NCBI GenBank assembly: GCA_965208835.1
Contig: OZ242358.1
Coordinates: 992,001-1,056,000, forward strand
DNA: 64,000 bases
Reading direction: 5' to 3'
Source of the DNA: Candidatus Latescibacterota bacterium
Lineage (GTDB): Bacteria > Latescibacterota > UBA2968 > GCA-2709665
This document shows, piece by piece, positions 28,569 through 38,292 of the stretch. Every line of letters begins with the position of its first letter. Position 1 is the first letter of the stretch. Under the pieces are notes generated by a model. That model was given only the letters and a program-made list of their open reading frames with translations, did no database searches and was not told where the DNA came from. Both the position numbers and the translations under genes were made by a program.

Positions 28569-29594
28569 CTAGAATTGCCCGTTCCGGGACTCGTACTTGG
28601 TGGGCTTGCCCAGCGTCGGGCCTCCATTCATCACCCAGGCGGCCACCCATTCCATCATCTCCCCGGACGTGACCCGGGGCAGGCCCATGAGATCGAACAG
28701 CTCACTCGCATTGCCCAGCAGGGCCGTCTGGCTCTCTTCGCCCTCAAAAACAGGTGTCCGCCCCATCAATACGCCCAGCTTCAATGCGACGTCGCGGATT
28801 CCCAGCTGATCGGACCCGGTCATATTGAGAACCCGGGCGGGGCTCTCGCACAGAGGAAAGCTCCGGGCAAGATACGCGTTTGCGTCTCCCTGCCAGATCT
28901 GGTTTACGTATCCCATGGTCAGGTCGATGGGTTGTCCGGTCCAGACCCGCTGGGCAATATCAAGAAATACGCCGTACCGCAACTCCGTCGCGTAGAACAA
29001 CCGGATAATCGCGAGCGGAGTACCGTTCCGTTCCGCGTAGTAGGCCGCCAGTCGCTCGCCTCCCAGGCGGGACTGCGCGTATTCTCCGATCGGATCCAGA
29101 GTCGACGACTCCACCGAGCCGCCCGAATTCGGTGGAACAAACCGGTAGACGTTTCCCGACGAGACGTAAACAACCCGGGCATCCGGAAACCGCTGCATCA
29201 CCTTGCCGGGAAGCAGCGCGTTCATGGCCCACGTCAGGGGTTCATTCCCGGTTGAACCGAATTTGTGCCCTGCCAGCAGGACAATGTGGCCGACCTCCGG
29301 CAGGCCGCGCAACGCATCGTCGTCGATCAGGTCGCACCGCACGGTCCGTATGCCCCTGGCTTCAAGGTATTCCCGATCACCCGGACTGGAGAACCGCGAG
29401 ACCCCGATGACGCCCCGGGCGCCGGAACGCACCAGGAGCTCGCCCAGCGTCAACCCCATTTTGCCGGCGATGCCCAGTATCATCACCTCGCCGTCGATTC
29501 TGGATACCGCATCCGTGACCTCGGGAACCGGTTCGGTCATCCGATCGACCAGGTCGGTTTCGGTCTCTATAGGATCAATGGTAAACTTCGACAT
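28569..29594 (-). CDS. NAD-dependent epimerase/dehydratase family protein
   Basis: LGIAGKMG, AGHKFG, SSGNVY, GEYAQSRLG, IRLFYA and NQIWQGDAN. Confidence 0.85.
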   Translation of the reverse strand: MSKFTIDPIETETDLVDRMTEPVPEVTDAVSRIDGEVMILGIAGKMGLTLGELLVRSGARGVIGVSRFSSPGDREYLEARGIRTVRCDLIDDDALRGLPEVGHIVLLAGHKFGSTGNEPLTWAMNALLPGKVMQRFPDARVVYVSSGNVYRFVPPNSGGSVESSTLDPIGEYAQSRLGGERLAAYYAERNGTPLAIIRLFYATELRYGVFLDIAQRVWTGQPIDLTMGYVNQIWQGDANAYLARSFPLCESPARVLNMTGSDQLGIRDVALKLGVLMGRTPVFEGEESQTALLGNASELFDLMGLPRVTSGEMMEWVAAWVMNGGPTLGKPTKYESRNGQF

Positions 29595-29754
29595 CTCCGC
29601 TCCCTTGATTGGTGGACCCATTACGCACCGCGTTCGGCAGACGGGTTGACCATTGTGGCCGATCTGTGCCAGGTGACGCCGATGCTTCCGGCCGGTGGAG
29701 GCCGTAACGTCCAAGTACCGGGTACGAAGTGCCTTGCTTTTGCGACCGGAATTC

Positions 29755-29920
29755 CATAAGCATATATTTTAAATTAGCGCACTTAGATATTAAAGTTACT
29801 AAATTCATGAGTACTGGACAACAATATAAAATGTAAGTTCTTCTTACACAAACGAAAATTCGAGCGCATACGCCCCCGCAGCCAAAGGATTTGACTTTAC
29901 TTAAGTGGAAACCTAGGTTT
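29755..29920. promoter_or_regulatory. AT-rich divergent promoter region with palindromes
   Basis: TTGACT-17-TAGGTT (29891-29919), TGTAAG-N5-CTTACA (29832-29848) and AAACCTAGGTTT (29909-29920). Confidence 0.55.
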
Positions 29921-30018
29921 AGGAACTCACGCATCGGTTCCTGAAGTACCAGAACGAACCGACATCCGGAGCGGCAAGTAGAAAGGTTCGCCTTTTCTAA
30001 CAGGAATTGTCCCTGACC

Positions 30019-31782
30019 ATGAAGTTTTTCGCGCAACTCTACAGCATTCTCGAGGGCAAACGCCTGCTCATCGCCCTCACCGTCGCCTGCGGGCTCCTCT
30101 TTGCCGCCGCGAACCTCCTGCCGCCGTTACTGATCAGAGAACTCATCCGATGGTTGACTGAGGGTGCACACGGCGCCGACCTGATTCGAATCAGTCTGCT
30201 GCTGGTCGGGGTCTACCTGTTTCGGGGCGTAACCCGGTACGGTTACGGTTACTTTTCCCATATTGCCGCCTATCGCGTGATGCACGACCTGATGGTGAGG
30301 ATCTATCGACACCTTCAGAGCCTGCCCCATCGCTTTTTCAACAAACAGCGGACCGGCAACCTCATTTCCCGTTCGATCAACGACGTTGAAGCCCTGGAGG
30401 ACTTTGTCGCTCACGGCATCCCGGAGACGGCGCTGGCCGCGATCATTCCCGTCTCGATGATTGTCGTTCTGTTCACGCTGAACCCGGAACTCGCACTCAT
30501 TACGCTGATCCCGATTCCGCTGACCACCCTGCTGATTTACCGTTACGTCTCAAAGGTACGCGCACTCTGGAGCGCCGTGCGCGCGCATCTGGCCGATCTC
30601 ATCGCCCTGGTCCAGGACAGCTTCTCCGGCATCCCGGTAATCAAGTCCTTCGTACAGGAAACCCGGCGCGTCCGCCTGATCGAAGCCCGGAGCCGGAGGT
30701 TCAGAGACAGCAGCGTAACCGCCAACCGCGTTTCCCTTCTTCCAGCCGGAATCATTGAGGCCGCGGGCGGCATCGGCATCGTTCTGGTCATCTGGAGTGG
30801 CGGCAATATGGCGCTGGAAGGCGTCATTTCAGTTGCGGACCTTTTTGTTTTCATCGTCTACATGGGCCACATCTACCAGCCTTTTCTTCAACTCGCCTCG
30901 TTCAACGACATCCTGCAGAAGGCCGTGGCCAGCACGGACCGTGTTTTCGAACTCCTGGCCGTCGAGTCGGACATTGTTGACGCCCCCGATGCCATTACGC
31001 CGAAAGCCATGAATCCGGACGTCAGGTTCCGAGACGTCACGTTCGGTTACGATCCCGAAAACCCTGTGCTCCACGGGGTCGAATTCGACGCCGAGGCCGG
31101 AGAAATCATCGCCCTTGTCGGCCCCACCGGGGCTGGCAAAACCACCGTCGCCAGTCTGATTCCTCGCTTTTACGATCCTCAGCAGGGTGGGGTCTTCATT
31201 GGCGGGCACGACGTACGCGCCCTTCGGCTGGTCTATCTGCGCTCGCAGATCGCAACCGTGTTCCAGGATGTTTTTCTCTTCCACGCCACGGTTCGCGAGA
31301 ACCTGCTCGTCGGCCGTCCCGATGCGACGGACGGTGAGGTCATGGAAGCCGCCCGTGCCGCGAACGCGGAGGACTTCATCCTGGATCTGCCCGAAGGCTA
31401 CGACACGCTGGTCGGAGAACGGGGCATCCGGCTTTCCGGCGGCCAGAAGCAGCGGCTGTCCATCGCACGAGCGGTGTTGAAAGACGCCCCGATCCTGATT
31501 CTGGACGAAGCCACCTCGTCCGTGGACGCGGAAACGGAGATCCTCATCCAGGAAGCCATCGCGCGCCTTACACGCCATCGCACAACGGTTGTGATCGCGC
31601 ACCGGCTGTCCACCGTACGCAATGCCGACAAGATTCTCGTTTGCGATGGCGGACGTATTGTCGAATCAGGCGCTCACGGGAACCTGATGGTTCAGGATGG
31701 TCTCTATGCCCGCATGGTGCGTACCCAGGAGATTTCGCGCGGCTGGCGCATCCCGCAGGCCCGCGAAAACGCCGCCGACTAA
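30019..31782 (+). CDS. ABC exporter, fused permease/ATPase (MsbA/MdlB-like)
   Basis: Six-TM domain, then GPTGAGKT, LSGGQKQR, LDEATS and IAHRLST. Confidence 0.93.
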   Translation: MKFFAQLYSILEGKRLLIALTVACGLLFAAANLLPPLLIRELIRWLTEGAHGADLIRISLLLVGVYLFRGVTRYGYGYFSHIAAYRVMHDLMVRIYRHLQSLPHRFFNKQRTGNLISRSINDVEALEDFVAHGIPETALAAIIPVSMIVVLFTLNPELALITLIPIPLTTLLIYRYVSKVRALWSAVRAHLADLIALVQDSFSGIPVIKSFVQETRRVRLIEARSRRFRDSSVTANRVSLLPAGIIEAAGGIGIVLVIWSGGNMALEGVISVADLFVFIVYMGHIYQPFLQLASFNDILQKAVASTDRVFELLAVESDIVDAPDAITPKAMNPDVRFRDVTFGYDPENPVLHGVEFDAEAGEIIALVGPTGAGKTTVASLIPRFYDPQQGGVFIGGHDVRALRLVYLRSQIATVFQDVFLFHATVRENLLVGRPDATDGEVMEAARAANAEDFILDLPEGYDTLVGERGIRLSGGQKQRLSIARAVLKDAPILILDEATSSVDAETEILIQEAIARLTRHRTTVVIAHRLSTVRNADKILVCDGGRIVESGAHGNLMVQDGLYARMVRTQEISRGWRIPQARENAAD

Positions 31783-31783
31783 A

Positions 31784-31816
31784 CCAAAGGGGCGATCCAT
31801 CGGATCGCCCCTTTGG
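31784..31816. terminator. Bidirectional terminator
   Basis: ccaaaggggcgatcc-atc-ggatcgcccctttgg. Confidence 0.85.
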
Positions 31817-31864
31817 CTGCCGCGCTTAATCTGGCGCCGTGCGCCGCTGCCTGCCGGTTCACGT

Positions 31865-32863
31865 TCACTTCTCCCACACCGTCACGTCGACGTATGCCGT
31901 TCGCGCTCTGTTCCGGGCGACGCGACGTCCGTACGTGACGGAAGGGCGGAATCCTGCCTGTGAAAGCGCCGCTTCTTTCGGTTCGAATCCCGCGTCGCAA
32001 TAGGCCAGGTACCGATCCGCTTCCGGGAGCGACAGCGTGCCCAACAGGTCGTGTGAGCGGTACCAGAAATGGGGATGACAATACACGTCCACGACACAGC
32101 TTCGCGGCCATAGACTGTCGAATGACCACATTGCCAGGCCCGCCACGGCCGTGGTTTCCCGCTGCCGCAGCACCATCACCCGTGCGCTTTTGCCGTCCGT
32201 TCTGCGCGTAGACGCGTCCCGAATGAACGGCAGGAGCGGGCCTTCGGTAGACTGCCGACCGAAGATCCGCATACCGGCACACCGCGTCACACCGGGAAAA
32301 CCTCCTGCGAACAGCGCCGTCGACGCAGGCCAGTCCCGCCAGTCCAGTGCGGCCACCTCCGCCGGTCCTCTCGCGAAATAGCCCGTTTCGAATGCATCCC
32401 TTGAAGTCGAGTAGTAATCCATATAGCCACTGTGAGGTTCCAGGCCTTCAAATCCGTGCGCCCGGTATATGTGATAGGGATGTGAGTCGTAACCCGTTCC
32501 GAGGTAGAGCGCCTGTCCGCCCCGCCGTCTGAAATGATCCATCATCACGCGCATCAGTTCCATCGCCGCTCGCTTCCGCCGGTCCTCCGGCTTTGTGAAC
32601 ACGTGCCCGAATATGCCCACCCCTCGCGTTTCGACCGTGCTCATATTGGCAAAGGGAATCCCGCCTCGATGCAGAATATAAAAGTACGCCTCGACGTCCA
32701 GACGTTCTCGAAGCACCATCGTGTTTCCCCAGCGCCAGGTCTCCCCCTTGTGCTCCAGAAGCGCCTCGATCCGTTCCGCCCAATCCGGGTCCGGCCCTTT
32801 CACAACTCCGACTTCCACTCGTTCGCCTGACTTCAGCGTAATCGTGTCAACCGGTTCGTACAT
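31865..32863 (-). CDS. GNAT family N-acetyltransferase
   Basis: GHVFTKPEDRRKRAA (motif A), LYLGT and IYRAHGF. GAGGA RBS before ATG 32863. Confidence 0.75.
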   Translation of the reverse strand: MYEPVDTITLKSGERVEVGVVKGPDPDWAERIEALLEHKGETWRWGNTMVLRERLDVEAYFYILHRGGIPFANMSTVETRGVGIFGHVFTKPEDRRKRAAMELMRVMMDHFRRRGGQALYLGTGYDSHPYHIYRAHGFEGLEPHSGYMDYYSTSRDAFETGYFARGPAEVAALDWRDWPASTALFAGGFPGVTRCAGMRIFGRQSTEGPLLPFIRDASTRRTDGKSARVMVLRQRETTAVAGLAMWSFDSLWPRSCVVDVYCHPHFWYRSHDLLGTLSLPEADRYLAYCDAGFEPKEAALSQAGFRPSVTYGRRVARNRARTAYVDVTVWEK

Positions 32864-32935
32864 GGCATTCCTCATTCCCGAAACCGGATACGGAAACCCC
32901 GCCGGCCCGCCCGGTCTCACGTTTCCGCAGAGACA

Positions 32936-34450
32936 CTATTTCGCCCACTCGGGTACGCCCGTGAGCTCAATTCCCAAAGCAGACCCGCCCAGCAGATAGA
33001 TGGCGCCGGCGACGATGGCGACCCCCGTCAGATTCAGAATCAGCCCCACGCGGACCATATCCGTCATCCGGACGCGGTCCGTTCCGAACACGATCGCGTT
33101 CGGCGGCGTGGCGACGGGCAGCATGAACGCAAATGAACAGGAGAGCGTGGCCGGAACCATCAGGAGAAGCGGATTCACCTGTATCGCGACACCCAACGCC
33201 GCCAGGATGGGCAGGAACATCTCTGCCGTGGCTGTATTCGACGTCAATTCGGTCAGAAACGTAATCATCAGGCAGAGGATGGCCACCAGAAGCAGGGGAT
33301 GTACCGCACTGAGACCTGAGAGGCGATGCCCGAACCACATGGACAAACCCGATTCGATAAACCCTGTCGCCAGGGCGAACCCTCCGCCGAAAAGCAGTAT
33401 GATATGCCAGGGCAGCTTCGCCACGGTCTGCCGGTCCAGTATCTTCCTCGCGGACGGGCCGCGCGCCGGGATCAGAAAAAGCAGGAGCGCCATTCCCATT
33501 GCGACCGAGCCGTCATTCAAGAACGCTCCGCCGGGAAACAGCCCCGACCACCCCGGGATCACCGAATCGCCAATCCGGATCTCGTTCCGGAAGAGCCAGA
33601 GAAACGCCAGCAGAACGAAATCCGCCAGAACCACCGCCTCCTCGTACGAGAGGCGCCCCAGCGCTCTGTACTGATCCCGAAGAACGCTCTGGTCAAAGGT
33701 TTTCTCGTGCCGGCCGCCAGCGTGGAAGAAACTCAACAGCAGCCATGCCACAACCAGAAACAGCATGGAAATGGGGAATGCAAACAGCAACCAGCTTGCG
33801 AACGAGATCTCCGGCGCGTCAGGGAAGTGAATGTTCAGAATCCGGGCGAACGAGAGATTCGGCGGCGTGCCCACAAGCGTTGCCACGCCACCGATGGAAG
33901 CGCCGTACGCCACACCCAGAAACAAACCGGTAGCAAGTCTGTCATGCGCCGTTCCTTCCTCCAGCTTCATCACCACCGCCAATACGATCGGCACCATCAT
34001 CATCGTGGTGGCCGTATTGGAGATCCACATCGACAAAAACGCGGTTGAAACCATGAATCCCAGCAGAATCCAGCGCGGGCGAACGCCGCACCACAGGAGT
34101 ACGCGCAATGCGATCCGCCGGTGCAGATTCCAGCGCTGCATGGCCAGGGCCACCATAAAGCCGCCAATAAAGAGAAAGATGACGTGGTTGAAATAGATGG
34201 GCGCGACTTTCCTGCCGTCCATAATCCCCAACAGCGGGAACAGCACGACCGGGAGCAGCGCGGTTGCCGCGAGCGGCACCGCTTCCGTCATCCACCACAC
34301 GGCCATCAGCAGAGCCACGGCTGCCGTCCTGGTCACGGCCGGCCGGCCGGGCTCCAGATCGAAGAACAGGAGAAGTGCCAGCGCCAGAACGGGACCCGCG
34401 AACAGACCGATTCTCTGCATGCTCGTGCCGGATGTTTTCCTCTTGTCCAT
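32936..34450 (-). CDS. SLC13/DASS sodium:dicarboxylate (or sulfate) symporter
   Basis: WWMTEAVP, SMWISNTAT, TLVGTPPN, TELTSNTAT and MLPVATPPNAI. Confidence 0.93.
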   Translation of the reverse strand: MDKRKTSGTSMQRIGLFAGPVLALALLLFFDLEPGRPAVTRTAAVALLMAVWWMTEAVPLAATALLPVVLFPLLGIMDGRKVAPIYFNHVIFLFIGGFMVALAMQRWNLHRRIALRVLLWCGVRPRWILLGFMVSTAFLSMWISNTATTMMMVPIVLAVVMKLEEGTAHDRLATGLFLGVAYGASIGGVATLVGTPPNLSFARILNIHFPDAPEISFASWLLFAFPISMLFLVVAWLLLSFFHAGGRHEKTFDQSVLRDQYRALGRLSYEEAVVLADFVLLAFLWLFRNEIRIGDSVIPGWSGLFPGGAFLNDGSVAMGMALLLFLIPARGPSARKILDRQTVAKLPWHIILLFGGGFALATGFIESGLSMWFGHRLSGLSAVHPLLLVAILCLMITFLTELTSNTATAEMFLPILAALGVAIQVNPLLLMVPATLSCSFAFMLPVATPPNAIVFGTDRVRMTDMVRVGLILNLTGVAIVAGAIYLLGGSALGIELTGVPEWAK

Positions 34451-34530
34451 ATCTGAGCCCCCGACGGACGGCGATTCGCCAACCGCCTAATATATGCACG
34501 GCCCGATTGCTGAAAAGCGTAAAATGCCCG

Positions 34531-34559
34531 TTGACATCCTGATGGGCATATCCTACATT
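34531..34559 (+). promoter_or_regulatory. Putative sigma70 promoter of the tandem Gfo/Idh/MocA pair
   Basis: TTGACA-17 nt-TACATT. Confidence 0.65.
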
Positions 34560-34646
34560 GCACTCTGCTCGAAATTGTCCTGGCACGGCCCGGTGTCGCA
34601 ACTTTCCATTGCGTCCGCCGGGATTCCGAGAGAACGGAGTCAGTGA

Positions 34647-35720
34647 ATGAAAGACGGCAAATTCGGTTTCGGCATCATCGGCTGCGGCGTTATCGCGCCC
34701 ACCCATCGCCTGGCGATCGATGCCTGCGACGAGGCCGAACTGGTGGCTGTCTGCGATACCGACGAGAAACAGATCCGGTCATTCCTCGCCGGTATGGATG
34801 GCGGTGCGGCCGGCGTTCGCACGTATTCAGATTACAGAGAGCTTGTTCGGGACCCACAGGTCGACATCGTCAGCGTCTGCACGCCCTCCGGCCTTCACTG
34901 CGAAGGCGTGACCGCGGCCGCGAGGGCCGGCAAGCACGTGCTGTGCGAGAAGCCCCTTGAGATCGACGCCGGCCGGATGACTGAAATGACGGCGGCATGT
35001 CGCGATGCGGGGGTAAAACTCGGCTGCGTCTTCCAGAGCCGCACCAGTCCGGACATGATAAGAGCCCGCCAGGCCATTCAGGACGGCATGTTGGGCCGGA
35101 TGGTTCTGGCAGACGCCTATCTCAAGGACTACCGCTCCCAGGCCTATTACCGGAGCGCGGGCTGGCGCGGCACCTGGGCGCTGGACGGCGGCGGCGCCCT
35201 CATGAACCAGGGCGTACACGGCGTGGACCTTCTCCTGTGGCTTATGGGCAGTCCCGTCGTCTCCGTGTTCGCTCGCGCCGAACACAAGGTGCGCGAAATC
35301 GAAGTCGAAGACACGGCCGTGGCCAATCTGAAATTCAAAAACGGCGCGTACGGCGCGCTTATCGGCACCACTTCCTGCAACCCGGGCGAAGCCCGTCGCA
35401 TCGAACTGCACGGAGACCGAGGTACCATCACGGTCAGCGGCAGTTCGATAACTCGTTGGGCAAACACCATCGAAGATGACGGCCGCGCCGAAGACAGCGA
35501 ACCACCGAGAGAAATCGAGATTGAAGGCGCGGTGGCCGACCCCAGCGACATCGGAAGTTCGGGGCACGTATTCCTGGTCGATGACCTTGTCCGGGCAATC
35601 GGAGAAGACGGTGAACCTTACGTTACCGGCGAGTCCGCTCGTGGCGCGGTCGATCTCATTCTGGCGATCTACGAGTCCGCGCGTTCCGGCCGGGAAGTCG
35701 AAGTGCGGCACACAGGCTGA
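34647..35720 (+). CDS. Gfo/Idh/MocA family oxidoreductase
   Basis: GIIGCGVIA, CTPSGLH, CEKP and GGGALMNQGVHGVD. Confidence 0.92.
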   Translation: MKDGKFGFGIIGCGVIAPTHRLAIDACDEAELVAVCDTDEKQIRSFLAGMDGGAAGVRTYSDYRELVRDPQVDIVSVCTPSGLHCEGVTAAARAGKHVLCEKPLEIDAGRMTEMTAACRDAGVKLGCVFQSRTSPDMIRARQAIQDGMLGRMVLADAYLKDYRSQAYYRSAGWRGTWALDGGGALMNQGVHGVDLLLWLMGSPVVSVFARAEHKVREIEVEDTAVANLKFKNGAYGALIGTTSCNPGEARRIELHGDRGTITVSGSSITRWANTIEDDGRAEDSEPPREIEIEGAVADPSDIGSSGHVFLVDDLVRAIGEDGEPYVTGESARGAVDLILAIYESARSGREVEVRHTG

Positions 35721-35780
35721 CCCCATGCGGCGACTGCACGGTGTGCCGCTCTCCAACACATAATCAGGGACAATGAGAAA

Positions 35781-36839
35781 ATGGCGAAAAACAACAAACT
35801 CGGCTGGGGCATCATCGGCGCCGGCATGATCGCAGGCCATTTCCGGTCCGGCATCGAAGCCTGCCCCGACGCGGAACTGGTTGCCGTATGCAATTACAAC
35901 GAGGAGAAGGGAAGGAAATTCGCCGCTGAGTCCGGTGGGATCAGATATTACAAGAACTATCAGGACCTCGTCGCGGATCCCGAAGTGCACATCGCGGGCA
36001 TCTGTACACCGTCAGGCATGCACGCTGACAATGTGATTGCGGCCGCCCGGGCGGGCGTACACTCCCTGTGTGAGAAGCCGCTGGACGTCACACGTGAGAA
36101 AATGAGCCTGATGATCAACACCTGCCGCGATGCCGGCGTCAAGCTCGGCTGTATTTTTCAGAGTCGAACCAGCGATGAAGCCATAAAAGTTCGAAACGCC
36201 ATCAAGGACGGAGAACTCGGCAAACTGGTGCTGGCAGATGCCCTGATGAAGAATTACCGCTCTCAGGCGTACTACAACAGCGCCGGCTGGCGCGGTACGT
36301 GGAAGGACGATGGCGGCGGCGCGCTGATGAACCAGGGGGTACACGGGGTGGACCTTCTGCTGTGGCTGATCGATGACGACGTCGAATCCGTGTTCGCGCG
36401 CGCGGAACACAAGGTGCGCGACATCGAAGTGGAAGACACCGCCGTCGCCACGATCAAATACCGGAGCGGTGCCTTCGGGACGCTCATCGGCACCACGTCC
36501 TGCAACCCGGGAGAGGCGTCTCGTATCGAACTCCACGGCAATTGCGGGACCATCACCATGAGCGGCACCCAGATCACGCGCTGGGCGACCACGACCGAGG
36601 AAGACGGACGCGCTGCCGACGCGTTTCCCCCGAGGCAGATCGCCGCGGCAGGCAACGTGGGCGCCGCCAGCGCGGTCGCGCCCGGCCATGGCTTTCTTGT
36701 AAACGATATTACCCGCGCCGTACTGGAAGACCGCGATCCCCACATCCCGGGCGAGTCCGCGCGGAAGTCCGTGGACCTGATCCTGGCCATCTACGAATCC
36801 GCCCGGACCGGACGGGAGATTGTCATGGACGCGTGGTAG
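35781..36839 (+). CDS. Gfo/Idh/MocA family oxidoreductase (tandem paralog)
   Basis: GIIGAGMIA, CTPSGMH, CEKP and GGGALMNQGVHGVD. Confidence 0.92.
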   Translation: MAKNNKLGWGIIGAGMIAGHFRSGIEACPDAELVAVCNYNEEKGRKFAAESGGIRYYKNYQDLVADPEVHIAGICTPSGMHADNVIAAARAGVHSLCEKPLDVTREKMSLMINTCRDAGVKLGCIFQSRTSDEAIKVRNAIKDGELGKLVLADALMKNYRSQAYYNSAGWRGTWKDDGGGALMNQGVHGVDLLLWLIDDDVESVFARAEHKVRDIEVEDTAVATIKYRSGAFGTLIGTTSCNPGEASRIELHGNCGTITMSGTQITRWATTTEEDGRAADAFPPRQIAAAGNVGAASAVAPGHGFLVNDITRAVLEDRDPHIPGESARKSVDLILAIYESARTGREIVMDAW

Positions 36840-36871
36840 TCTCCGGATCGGGCGCGAACGTGTCGGGACAG

Positions 36872-36920
36872 CAAAAAAGGAACAGCCGGTTGCGAAACCA
36901 GAAACCCGCTGTTCCTTTTG
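36872..36920. terminator. Bidirectional terminator
   Basis: caaaaaaggaacagc...gctgttccttttg between convergent genes. Confidence 0.7.
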
Positions 36921-36942
36921 ATTTTTACGATGTCCTGCGTAT

Positions 36943-38016
36943 TCAGGCGCCGCCGTTTTTCAAATTCACGACCTTTCCATGCTCTGCGGAGGCGTAAATC
37001 GCTTCCACGACCTCTACGGCCTTCAGCCCATCGTTGCCCGAAATCCCGGGAGGTCTCCCATGCAGAATGGCGTCGACCGTCTCGCTCAGATACACCCGGC
37101 CGGAAACACCGCCGTAACCGTCTGCCGCTTCGGAAGCGATCTTCAACGTCGTCCGGGGTCCGTCTGGAAAGTCGGGATCGTCGCTGACCACAAAGACTTC
37201 GTCGGCGGTTCCCCCCCACGCCGGGCTCCACGACACCGTGCCCAGGCTGCCTCGAAGGCCAATGAAGAGATCCCTGCCGGCGGGATAGGCTTTCGGTACG
37301 GAATAACTGATATCCAGCGTGGCTGTGGCGCCGCTTCTGAATCTTACGATACCGAAGCTGTTGTCTTCAATATCCAGCCGGTGTTGCAGGTGGCTCACCA
37401 TGCCTGTCGCCTGCCGAACCTCGTCCTTCAGGAACCACCGGAACAGATCGATCCAGTGCGTACCCAGATTGTGCATCGGGCCGCCGCCCGCGATCGCCTT
37501 CTGGTTCAGCCAGGGTGATATCCCGTCATCCAGATATCGCAGGGGCGAACCCGCCGCGCACCGGCCCTCGAGCGCGACAATCTGCCCCAGTATGCCGCGA
37601 TCAACAAGCTCCTTGATCTTTCTGGATGCCGGATGCGCGCGCCAGCAGTAGGGCGAGGACAATGTCACACCCGCCGATTCAGTGGCCGCGATCATGCGCC
37701 GGATACCCTCGGACGTATCCGCCATCGGCTTCTCCACAATCACATGCTTACCGGAGGACGCGGCCCGTTCCACCGCGTCCGGGCACTCCGCGTGCGGCAG
37801 CAGGATCACCACCAGGCCGATATCCTCCCGCGCGAGAAGCGTATTGTAGTCCTCATACCCATCGATCCCGGTCTGCCGGCACACCCGCTCCAGATACGCC
37901 GGGTCCGCTTCCGCGACGGCGCGCACCTCCGACCTGGCGATGGCATCGAAATGTGGAAGATAATCCAGCGAATGAAGGTGATGAAATCCGACTATCCCAA
38001 CCCCGAGCCTGTTCAT
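36943..38016 (-). CDS. Gfo/Idh/MocA family oxidoreductase
   Basis: MNRLGVGIVG after an AAGGAG RBS, VEKPMA and GGGPMHNLGTHWID. The longer ORF start lies in the MITE. Confidence 0.9.
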   Translation of the reverse strand: MNRLGVGIVGFHHLHSLDYLPHFDAIARSEVRAVAEADPAYLERVCRQTGIDGYEDYNTLLAREDIGLVVILLPHAECPDAVERAASSGKHVIVEKPMADTSEGIRRMIAATESAGVTLSSPYCWRAHPASRKIKELVDRGILGQIVALEGRCAAGSPLRYLDDGISPWLNQKAIAGGGPMHNLGTHWIDLFRWFLKDEVRQATGMVSHLQHRLDIEDNSFGIVRFRSGATATLDISYSVPKAYPAGRDLFIGLRGSLGTVSWSPAWGGTADEVFVVSDDPDFPDGPRTTLKIASEAADGYGGVSGRVYLSETVDAILHGRPPGISGNDGLKAVEVVEAIYASAEHGKVVNLKNGGA

Positions 38017-38035
38017 CGAATCGCATTCTCCTTTA

Positions 38036-38245
38036 GAAGCTGTTTTAAAATTTCCAGCGGTCTTCGCGCGGCTGCAAAAGCGCCGGTCGGCGTTGGTCAA
38101 ATCCACCCGTCCTATGAGATCGAGGCTGCGCTTGCTCGCCTCTCATAGGCGGATTTTCCCGTCGGCGCTGCACGCCCCTCGCGCCTCATAACCGCCACTT
38201 TTTCGCTCGCGCTCGGGAACTCACCGGTAATTTTAAAACAACTTC
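38036..38245. mobile_element. MITE family A copy 4
   Basis: GAAGCTGTTTTAAAATT...AATTTTAAAACAACTTC flanked by TTA...TTA. Confidence 0.88.
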
Positions 38246-38292
38246 TTACGGCCGGACGCGAATACCTGTCCTCGGTATCCGGCTGTGTGCAT

